Below are positions 1 to 5,761 of a stretch of 48,831 nucleotides of DNA, piece by piece (position 1 is the stretch's first letter; the number at the start of each line of letters is the position of its first letter). The DNA comes from Anaerolineae bacterium (GTDB lineage: Bacteria > Chloroflexota > Anaerolineae > UBA7937 > B3-Chlor). The notes beneath the pieces were generated by a model. That model saw only the letters and a list, made by a program, of their open reading frames with translations, searched no databases and had not been told where the DNA came from. The DNA lies in assembly GCA_035530015.1 (NCBI GenBank), contig DATKVP010000280.1, positions 1 through 48,831 on the forward strand, written 5' to 3'. The position numbers and the translations under genes were made by a program.

Positions 1-1
1 C

Positions 2-295
2 CTGCAGGCGTCAATTGTCCGCTACCTGAACAGTCAGCAGGATGTGGTCGCTCGGGTCAACGGCCCCGGCCCCGCTCACGTCAACGGCGACCCGGACATC
101 TACTTCTGCGCCTACGGGCTGATGGGGCAGATCGAGTGCAAGCTGCCAGGTGAGACGCTGACCAAGGCCCAGCACTACCGTATCGGTGAGTGGGCCGAGG
201 CGTTCGCCTGGTGCACCGTGGCCACGTGCAAGCAGGACGCTGTGGATCTGCTGGCCGCCATGGGAGAGTACGCTTCGGTACACGCCCTGATCTAA
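2..295 (+). CDS. hypothetical protein, 5'-truncated at the window edge
   Basis: Frame 2 is open from base 2 to TAA 293-295 (...ASIVRYLNSQQDVV...EYASVHALI*). The track start at 44 is a GTG. A strong terminator follows. No motif recognised. Confidence 0.5.
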   Translation: MQASIVRYLNSQQDVVARVNGPGPAHVNGDPDIYFCAYGLMGQIECKLPGETLTKAQHYRIGEWAEAFAWCTVATCKQDAVDLLAAMGEYASVHALI

Positions 296-299
296 CCTG

Positions 300-333
300 A
301 AAAGGCCGCCAGGTTGCCCTGGCGGCCTGTTTT
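300..333. terminator. bidirectional rho-independent terminator
   Basis: Perfect 11-bp stem AGGCCGCCAGG (303-313) / CCTGGCGGCCT (318-328) with loop TTGC. It is flanked by an A-run upstream and GTTTT downstream, and lies between convergent genes ending at 295 (+) and 354 (-). Confidence 0.8.
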
Positions 334-355
334 GAGGTCAACAGATGTTGGCCTC
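334..355. repeat. palindrome family copy 1: GAGGTCAACA-GA-TGTTGGCCTC
   Basis: Read directly. 10-bp inverted arms with one mismatch. Intergenic, abutting the terminator. Confidence 0.9.
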
Positions 356-641
356 AGTACACCGGAATGCAGCTTGGCCTGCCGTGGCGGCTGCGCCGCA
401 CGTCGCGCTCCTTGCGGTCCGTGTCGTCTTCCAGCCACTCGTGCGCGGTCTGCTCGGACCACATCACGCGTTCCTCGTCCTCGGGCTCGTCCTCGGGCTC
501 GGGCGAATCCTCACGCATGAAGTCGCAGCCACACTGGCGGCAGCGGTACCACTCGCGCGCGTCGTGCTGAATGTGATTGTCCTCACCCACCCTGTACCAG
601 TCGAGCCTGCACCCCTGACCTCCGCACACCGGGCATGTCAT
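354..641 (-). CDS. small zinc-ribbon protein (MTCPVCGG...YRCRQCGC) with acidic C-terminal half
   Basis: ATG at 641 is preceded by AGGAGG and overlaps the upstream stop as ATGA. Two CxxC pairs. The track ORF 354..665 extends upstream without an RBS. Confidence 0.6.
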   Translation of the reverse strand: MTCPVCGGQGCRLDWYRVGEDNHIQHDAREWYRCRQCGCDFMREDSPEPEDEPEDEERVMWSEQTAHEWLEDDTDRKERDVRRSRHGRPSCIPVY

Positions 642-766
642 GACAGCACCTCCTCCTCGACCCACTCACCCCACCCCCACCCGCAGTGCCTGCACCGATA
701 GTAGTGAACATTCCCAAAGATGCCAAGATCTATGGGTCCGTCCGTCCCGCACTTCGGGCATGTCAT
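638..766 (-). CDS. 42-aa zinc-ribbon miniprotein, paralogue of 354..641 (below the ORF-track size cutoff)
   Basis: Hand translation: MTCPKCGTDGPIDLGIFGNVHYYRCRHCGWGWGEWVEEEVLS*. It has the same AGGAGGTGCTGTCATGACATGCCCG start context as the downstream gene. Confidence 0.55.
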   Translation of the reverse strand: MTCPKCGTDGPIDLGIFGNVHYYRCRHCGWGWGEWVEEEVLS

Positions 767-807
767 GACAGCACCTCCTTCATGAAGTTCTCCACACAGT
801 ACATGGC

Positions 808-1104
808 TCACTCTCCTTTCAGTTCCTTCAGCAGTCGTTGAAAGATGTCAGCTCGCGCGTCACCGTTGATGGCTCGATACAGCGCTGACCAGGCTGATAG
901 GTGATGCTCTGCCGTTTCTCGCGCGGCGACGACCCCATCCAGCATACGCAGCCCCTCCTCCGAACAGTGGATCATGTGGCGGCGCACGCAGGCCTCATCT
1001 TCCGCGATGCTGACCAGCAGACGCTGAAGCCGTTTCATCTCTCGCCTGGCGGCGTGGGACAGCTCCCACAGTCCTATCCCCGATGCGGCAAACGTGACGT
1101 CCAT
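808..1104 (-). CDS. hypothetical helical protein
   Basis: 98-aa ORF whose ATG shares one base with the ParB-like stop (TGATG). High GC3. Confidence 0.6.
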   Translation of the reverse strand: MDVTFAASGIGLWELSHAARREMKRLQRLLVSIAEDEACVRRHMIHCSEEGLRMLDGVVAARETAEHHLSAWSALYRAINGDARADIFQRLLKELKGE

Positions 1105-1814
1105 CAGACGCTCTGAGCGCTGATCCAGCGCTCCAGGGCCTCGCAGACCTCGTACACGTACTGCACCCGCTCACGCCACGTGTCGGCCTGCTTCGTGCTC
1201 ACACCCTCGGTGATCTTCGCGACGATGGCCGCAGCGACCTTGTCCGCCCCGCCACCCATCTTCGCCCCCGCGATCTTCCAGGCCACCGGGTCGCTGGTCT
1301 GCGCTTGCACCTTGCCGCCCTTGTCCACCTTGGGCTCGATCTTGGACTTGTGGCCGCTCATCTTGGCCTTCGGACTGACGGTGCCGACCGCATCTCGGTA
1401 GCGCTTGACGGTCATGTCGGACACGCCCAGGCGCTTGGCGATGGCGGCGTTCGACAGCTTGGCGAACGGCTTGAGTTGGATGATGGTGAGGATCGCCTTT
1501 CGCTTGTCCTCCGGCGTGAGGCTCAACCCGTGGCTGGCGTTGTCGGCGAACGTGGCCACCTCAGCGTCGGCCGCACTCTTGCAAGCGACCGTGGTGACCT
1601 CGATGTCCTTCAGCCCCGCCTTGACGGCCGCCGCGAGCCTGTGCGCGCCGCCGATCAACACCTGTGTCTTGGACTTGCCGACCTCGGCGACGGTCAGCGG
1701 AGGAAAGGTGGTCCCGGCCGCCATGAGCGCCGCATACTCCGCGACGGTCGCCGGGTCCGTGGCCTGTGTGCGGAACGTCCGCACGGGAAGCAGCACCAGC
1801 TCTTCGATCTTCAT
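1104..1814 (-). CDS. ParB/Srx-like N-terminal domain protein with central HTH
   Basis: VLIGGAHRLAAAVKAGL resembles the ParB-like nuclease-domain core (dGxHRxxA). NAAIAKRLGVSDMTVKRY is HTH-like. RBS AAGGAGG precedes the ATG. No ParA/Walker ATPase gene is nearby. Confidence 0.7.
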   Translation of the reverse strand: MKIEELVLLPVRTFRTQATDPATVAEYAALMAAGTTFPPLTVAEVGKSKTQVLIGGAHRLAAAVKAGLKDIEVTTVACKSAADAEVATFADNASHGLSLTPEDKRKAILTIIQLKPFAKLSNAAIAKRLGVSDMTVKRYRDAVGTVSPKAKMSGHKSKIEPKVDKGGKVQAQTSDPVAWKIAGAKMGGGADKVAAAIVAKITEGVSTKQADTWRERVQYVYEVCEALERWISAQSV

Positions 1815-1850
1815 CTTGACCTCCTTGGCTTGCCCTGAAGGGCAGCGAGT

Positions 1851-1873
1851 GAGGCCGGTGTGGTCCCGGCCTC
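1851..1873 (-). other. intergenic GC-rich stem-loop without a U-tract
   Basis: GAGGCCGG (1851-1858) / CCGGCCTC (1866-1873) with a 7-nt loop, between two minus-strand genes. Possibly an RNA processing or stability element. Confidence 0.4.
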
Positions 1874-1886
1874 CCGCGCTGACCTC

Positions 1887-2273
1887 CTACTCAAGGTTGG
1901 CGTATGGCGGCACCATCGTGTTGTAGCACCAGTGGACCTCGGCGTCGGGATTGAGGAACGCGTAGACGGTCATGGTATCTCCGACCACGTCGAGCGTGTT
2001 GGCTACCCTGTCGCGATATATGGTCACGCGGCCGTCCCTGGCCATGACCAGCGACTGGAGAGAGTGCGCGTCGAGGTACTCACCGTCGTTGCGGATGTCG
2101 TCCACCGCGGTCACGCTATCCCTGATTGAGCTGGTGGCAGCGTCCATGATGACTTCCATGACAGCGTTGACCCCTCGCCGGTAGAGTTTGACGACGCGAA
2201 ACTGATCGTTGCCGACTGGAGGATGGGTGATGATCTCCACAAGGCCGATCCCGTGCGAGGTGAGTGAGGACAT
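1887..2273 (-). CDS. hypothetical protein
   Basis: Start taken at the internal ATG 2273 (MSSLTSHGIGL...), preceded by AAGAAAGGAACAG. The track ORF extends to 2372 across the upstream gene. Confidence 0.55.
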   Translation of the reverse strand: MSSLTSHGIGLVEIITHPPVGNDQFRVVKLYRRGVNAVMEVIMDAATSSIRDSVTAVDDIRNDGEYLDAHSLQSLVMARDGRVTIYRDRVANTLDVVGDTMTVYAFLNPDAEVHWCYNTMVPPYANLE

Positions 2274-2307
2274 GATCTGTTCCTTTCTTGGTTCGGTCGT
2301 TGACTGA

Positions 2308-2487
2308 TCAGGCTTCGCGGCCCAGCTCCCAGCGCTCGGCCTGCTCCCTGGCTTCGGCCTCGGTCCGGCCAAAGAACACCGCGCCGCCTTCGACTTCGGC
2401 TATCCAGTCGTTGCACCCGGCGGCGATCTGCTCCTCCAGGTCCAGGTCAGGGATTGACGGACTCGCAACCTCGTACACGTCGATCAT
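2308..2487 (-). CDS. hypothetical small acidic protein
   Basis: MIDVYEVASP... has AAGGAGGAC 5 nt upstream. The alternative ATG at 2622 also has an RBS, but codon-3 GC drops sharply in 2488-2622, so the short form is preferred. Confidence 0.5.
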   Translation of the reverse strand: MIDVYEVASPSIPDLDLEEQIAAGCNDWIAEVEGGAVFFGRTEAEAREQAERWELGREA

Positions 2488-2648
2488 GATGTCCTCCTTT
2501 GATGGTTCCACACAAGGCACCTGCGGTAGCCTGGTTTTGCCTGCGTTGAGATGTTGGCCACCGGGCACCTTGCCCACTGTGGCCGGTAAGTTGTTTGTTT
2601 GTGGTGCCTTGTGTGCAGCCATCGTGACGTCCTTTCCTTACTGCAACC

Positions 2649-2677
2649 AGGTTACCATAGGCTTTCAATAGAGTCAA
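2649..2677 (-). promoter_or_regulatory. candidate sigma70-like leftward promoter
   Basis: On the minus strand: TTGACT (2677-2672), 17-nt spacer, TAACCT (2654-2649). The -35 element overlaps the left arm of the 2673-2715 palindrome. Confidence 0.35.
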
Positions 2678-2715
2678 CCATCACCACGGTCTGACCGTGG
2701 CGATGAGTGGTTGAC
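2673..2715. promoter_or_regulatory. nested imperfect palindrome in the divergent control region
   Basis: Outer arms GTCAACCA (2673-2680) and TGGTTGAC (2708-2715). Inner arms CCACGG (2684-2689) / CCGTGG (2695-2700) around TCTGA. The outer arms share the GTCAAC core of the dispersed palindrome family. Confidence 0.6.
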
Positions 2716-2748
2716 CGGTCTGTTACGCTGGAGGCCGGAGGACACGAC

Positions 2749-3270
2749 ATGGGACAGGCAGACATTGAGGCGTCGAGCAAGGCACGGTCGTTGGAGTGCG
2801 CCAAGCGCGACATGATGATCGATGGTGAGGTGGCCGAGATCGTCCGCACGAAGGTGCTGGCACAGCTCGATGGATTTACCTCTGACGAGAAGGATGACTT
2901 CCTGGCGGCGCTGATTGAGCACGGCAACATCGCCACGGCGTGCCGGCGTGTGGGCATCTCGCGCATGACGGCACACGCTGCACGGAAGCGCGACCCCGAG
3001 TTCGCGTGGCGCTGGGCTGAGATCATGGAGGCGTGGGTGGACGACATCGAGGCCGTGCTGATGCGGCAATGCCTCGATCCCAGCTCCGCCAACACCATCG
3101 CGAGGTTCTTCTACCTGAAGGCCCACCGAGGCAAGTACCGCGACGCGGTGCAGAACGCGGATCGCCCACAGCGGGCCGAGGTTCGCGTCGTCGTGGAGCT
3201 GCTTCCACCACGTGATCGGCCTGAAATGGTAATGGACGCAGAAGTCCTAGGGGAACCGAACCCTGACTAG
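2749..3270 (+). CDS. terS: terminase small subunit (HTH type), probable
   Basis: GGAGGA lies 8 nt before ATG 2749. The motif ACRRVGISRMTAHAARKRDPEFAWRWAEI...FFYLKAHRGKYRD is typical of HTH small terminases. It is the first gene of the rightward structural arm. Confidence 0.6.
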   Translation: MGQADIEASSKARSLECAKRDMMIDGEVAEIVRTKVLAQLDGFTSDEKDDFLAALIEHGNIATACRRVGISRMTAHAARKRDPEFAWRWAEIMEAWVDDIEAVLMRQCLDPSSANTIARFFYLKAHRGKYRDAVQNADRPQRAEVRVVVELLPPRDRPEMVMDAEVLGEPNPD

Positions 3271-3360
3271 AGGCAAAACCTACCTCATGGGTTCCCATAC
3301 TCCCAGTATCCCCGGAGCTGTGGATCGGGGGGTCAACCTCGGTCTACTCAGAGAACCAAG

Positions 3361-3382
3361 AAGGTCAACACCTGTTGACCTG
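3361..3382. repeat. palindrome family copy 2: AAGGTCAACA-CC-TGTTGACCTG
   Basis: Perfect 9-bp arms (3362-3381). Intergenic, about 225 bp upstream of the LAGLIDADG gene. Confidence 0.9.
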
Positions 3383-3397
3383 GCCGCCGTGGGCCTG

Positions 3398-3426
3398 TGC
3401 TGCCCTGCTGCCCTGCTGCCTTGCCC
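3398..3426 (+). repeat. short tandem repeat TGCTGCCC x3 plus a partial unit
   Basis: TGCTGCCC TGCTGCCC TGCTGCCT TGCCC read directly. A further TGCTGCC occurs at 3445-3451. The region is non-coding. Confidence 0.8.
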
Positions 3427-3486
3427 ATCGCGCCCTAAGCCCCCTGCTGCCAGGCACTTAGCGCAGGGCGCGGCGTGCCAGGCGGC

Positions 3487-3523
3487 GGGGCACCGGGGGA
3501 GGGGGGTGCGTCGTCGCGGGGGG
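3487..3523 (+). other. G-run cluster (potential G-quadruplex)
   Basis: GGGGcaccGGGGGaGGGGGGtgcgtcgtcgcGGGGGG. Additional G6 runs lie at 3327-3332, 3570-3575 and 3588-3593, all on the plus strand. Confidence 0.5.
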
Positions 3524-3558
3524 CGATGATGTAGGCAATTCCGGGTATATAGCCGGGC

Positions 3559-3587
3559 TTGACTTTTGAGGGGGGTAGTCCTACGCT
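3559..3587 (+). promoter_or_regulatory. candidate sigma70-like promoter
   Basis: TTGACT (3559-3564), 17-nt spacer, TACGCT (3582-3587). It would give a short leader carrying TAGGAGG before ATG 3606. Confidence 0.3.
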
Positions 3588-3605
3588 GGGGGGTAGGAGG
3601 ATACT

Positions 3606-4115
3606 ATGAGAGGATTTACTTGGTTCTGCGGGCTGTACGAGGGAGATGGTAGTTGCAATGGCTCACTGCACAATAGGCCTTACATTCAGCTCCAGATACA
3701 AATGACCGACAAGGACGTGCTGGACGAGGTTGTGAGGATCGTGGGTGGCGCTGTTTCCGGCCCATACGAGCGGGGCGACCACCCTCAGCTCACGAGGAAG
3801 GACGGAACACCGTGCCCCCAGAAGGACATGTGGGCGTGGAAAGCCACGGGGTCCAGCGAGGAGAAGTACTGGCTGGTGCGTAGGATGATCCCGTACATGT
3901 GCTCTCGGCGTCGCGGGCAGCTTGAGGCGATGTTGGAGAAATGGCTTGAGCACAAGGGGTGGTGCAAGCTCGAGGACTGGAAGCGCGATGCGGAGCCCCC
4001 GTCAAAAAAGGCCTTGATCATGCACCATCGAGCGCTTGGATGGGGCTATAAGCGGATAGCTCGGGAGCTGGGGATCACAAGGGATCTTGTGCGGTACCAC
4101 GTAAAGACTTCTTGA
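3606..4115 (+). CDS. single-motif LAGLIDADG homing-endonuclease-like protein with C-terminal HTH
   Basis: N-terminal WFCGLYEGDGSC matches the LAGLIDADG motif (xxGLxxGDGS). C-terminal GYKRIARELGITRDLVRYHV is HTH-like. GC3 is lower than in neighbouring genes. Strong RBS TAGGAGG. Confidence 0.7.
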   Translation: MRGFTWFCGLYEGDGSCNGSLHNRPYIQLQIQMTDKDVLDEVVRIVGGAVSGPYERGDHPQLTRKDGTPCPQKDMWAWKATGSSEEKYWLVRRMIPYMCSRRRGQLEAMLEKWLEHKGWCKLEDWKRDAEPPSKKALIMHHRALGWGYKRIARELGITRDLVRYHVKTS

Positions 4116-4162
4116 CATGTGGAGTTGCTTTGATCCACAATCTCTCCGCACGAGGCACGCCG

Positions 4163-4498
4163 ATGTCCGGCAGCCTCACAACGAAAGGACTCAGCATGGG
4201 AATGATTGCGGAGTGTGACCTGTGCAAGACCGCACGGGCCGAGGAAATGGAAATCCTGGAGATCAAGCTGTTCAGCTCCAACGGGCAGCCGCGCGAGGTG
4301 CTTGGGGCGATGATCTGCCCCGAGTGTCTGCATGCCCTCGGCTACGGTGACTTCCTTCATCGGTTCAAGTCGGCGGGCGCGGTGGACGTGGTGGCGCAGC
4401 AGCTCAGGCAGCAGCGCGCGCAGGCCCTCAACGCACCCCTCGACCAGCCGGTGCCCATCGACCCGAAGCTCGCCCACAGGATTCGGAACGCACGATGA
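4163..4498 (+). CDS. small Cys-containing (zinc-ribbon-like) protein
   Basis: ECDLCK...ICPECL. The start is uncertain: ATG 4163 or ATG 4196 (AAAGGA upstream). The track start at 4112 is a TTG. Confidence 0.5.
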   Translation: MSGSLTTKGLSMGMIAECDLCKTARAEEMEILEIKLFSSNGQPREVLGAMICPECLHALGYGDFLHRFKSAGAVDVVAQQLRQQRAQALNAPLDQPVPIDPKLAHRIRNAR

Positions 4499-5094
4499 GG
4501 CTCACAGAGAGACAGCAGCACTGGGCGCGGGCTCACGCCATGAGCGAGTGGGTGCAGCTCGCCCTCATCGGGCAGCGGGTCTTCCCGTACGACGGGGTGT
4601 ACGCTCACATGGACCCAGAGCCGTACGACAGGGGGCCGCATAAGCTGTTCTACGCGCTGGATGACGGGAGCGACGAGAAGCGACTGACGGACCACTATGG
4701 CACCGCGCGCGAGGTGAAGTGTGAGTGGCTCGTGTCCACCGAGGCCCTCGCCCAAATGTCCCCAAACGCCAAGACAGCGGCTGACCGAGACGCGCACGAG
4801 CGGTTCTTTTTTAACGTGGCGCAGGTCCTCGTCGAGGAAATACATGAACGCACTCACATGAACCCTAAGTGGGGTCAGGAGATGGTCACTGCTGGTAGCA
4901 CCGAGCGGTACTACTGGAAGCTCATCTACCACGGGTCGAACGACATGTGGAAGAAAATCAAATCAATGGACATTGACCGTGAAGCCGAGAAGACCACCCT
5001 CAGGGTCAGATTCAGGCTGCACGTGTGGCGCGACGTCACCACCACCTACAGCGAGGACCTGCCCCTCGACGAAAGGACGCACGATGAAAGCTAA
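4495..5094 (+). CDS. hypothetical protein
   Basis: 199-aa ORF with an ATGA overlap with the upstream stop. No motif recognised. Confidence 0.6.
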   Translation: MRLTERQQHWARAHAMSEWVQLALIGQRVFPYDGVYAHMDPEPYDRGPHKLFYALDDGSDEKRLTDHYGTAREVKCEWLVSTEALAQMSPNAKTAADRDAHERFFFNVAQVLVEEIHERTHMNPKWGQEMVTAGSTERYYWKLIYHGSNDMWKKIKSMDIDREAEKTTLRVRFRLHVWRDVTTTYSEDLPLDERTHDES

Positions 5095-5299
5095 ACTTGA
5101 GTTTGAGCTGCCGGAGGAAGCCGGGGCGTTCGAGGACGCGGCCAACGTGTGGAAGTACAAGTCGGTGGTGCGATCGGCGCTGGAGTCGATACGCGGCGAG
5201 CTGAAATACAACGACAACAGCGATGGTGGCGAGGCGGTGCTGACGTGGATGCGCGACATGATCATCCGTGAGCTGGACGAGTGGGGGTTGGACGTCTGA
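5084..5299 (+). CDS. hypothetical small protein
   Basis: MKAKLEFELPEE... AAAGGA lies upstream of ATG 5084. It overlaps the previous stop. Confidence 0.55.
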   Translation: MKAKLEFELPEEAGAFEDAANVWKYKSVVRSALESIRGELKYNDNSDGGEAVLTWMRDMIIRELDEWGLDV

Positions 5300-5550
5300 T
5301 GGCGATTCAAGAACGCACCTGTAAACGATGCAGCCACCACTGGGAGGTCTGGCGGCAGTTCATCAGGGACCTACCGATTCGGCCGGCGTGCCCCGAGTGT
5401 GGGAGCCGCGCCACCAAGGTTGAGATCATCGGGAGCGCTCCGGTACACTTCAAGGGCTACGGGTGGACGCCGAAACCAGGCACGGTCAACGACCTGCGGG
5501 ACATCAGGGGGATGGAAGACCCGAAGCTCGCGGAGGCGATGGATGACTGA
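5299..5550 (+). CDS. zinc-ribbon protein (CxxC...CPxCG, FmdB-like layout)
   Basis: MAIQERTCKRCSHHWE...ACPECGSRATKV. ATGA overlap with the upstream stop. Confidence 0.5.
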   Translation: MAIQERTCKRCSHHWEVWRQFIRDLPIRPACPECGSRATKVEIIGSAPVHFKGYGWTPKPGTVNDLRDIRGMEDPKLAEAMDD

Positions 5551-5761
5551 AGAGCCGTTCCTGCTTATTTCCAACACGGGGCCGGTGCGCTGCGCCAAGT
5601 GTGGGCGTGATATGCCCACCCCTGGTCGCATCGCGATCAAGACCATCGGCGACGCGCGGTACTACTGTGACTGTGTGACGGAGGACGAGATGCAGGGCAT
5701 CGTGGCGGAGTGGAACCAGTACATGGCGTTGGCCCAGATGCCGGACGCGAACCCACAATGA
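5543..5761 (+). CDS. small Cys-containing protein
   Basis: MTEEPF...RCAKCGRDM...YYCDC. GGAGG lies 6 nt upstream. It ends in an ATGA overlap with terL. Confidence 0.5.
   Translation: MTEEPFLLISNTGPVRCAKCGRDMPTPGRIAIKTIGDARYYCDCVTEDEMQGIVAEWNQYMALAQMPDANPQ

Noticed and set aside
354-2487. The leftward arm as a lysogeny module (repressor, integrase or toxin-antitoxin).
   Set aside because: No recombinase motifs, CI/Cro-like HTH pair or recognisable TA pair are present. Only the ParB-like/HTH protein and small proteins of unknown function are seen.
2488-2622. N-terminal extension (ATG 2622, with an RBS) making a 104-aa version of the 2308..2487 gene.
   Set aside because: Codon-3 GC is markedly lower than in the downstream part, and the segment contains the 13-bp inverted repeat. 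The internal ATG 2487 has a stronger AAGGAGG. It is kept as an alternative and not excluded.
2711-2739. TTGACC at 2711-2716 as the -35 element of a rightward terS promoter.
   Set aside because: No acceptable -10 hexamer lies 16-19 nt downstream (GCCGGA at the 17-nt position). The rightward promoter therefore remains unidentified.
3250-3297. GGGAACC...GGTTCCC inverted repeat spanning the terS stop, considered as a terminator or tRNA-like element.
   Set aside because: The stem is only 7 bp with a roughly 32-nt loop and no U-tract. No tRNA cloverleaf or T-loop (GTTCRANYC) signature is present here or elsewhere in the window.
3398-3426. Possible CRISPR-like or minisatellite array (TGCTGCCC repeats).
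   Set aside because: The units are only 8 nt and directly abutting, with no spacers. No cas genes are present. It is a microsatellite-type tandem repeat, not a CRISPR array.
3287-3529. 80-aa plus-strand ORF across the terS-downstream block.
   Set aside because: It has no RBS, its Pro/Ala/Gly/Arg composition comes from G-runs and the TGCTGCCC repeats, and it spans the palindrome. It is treated as non-coding.
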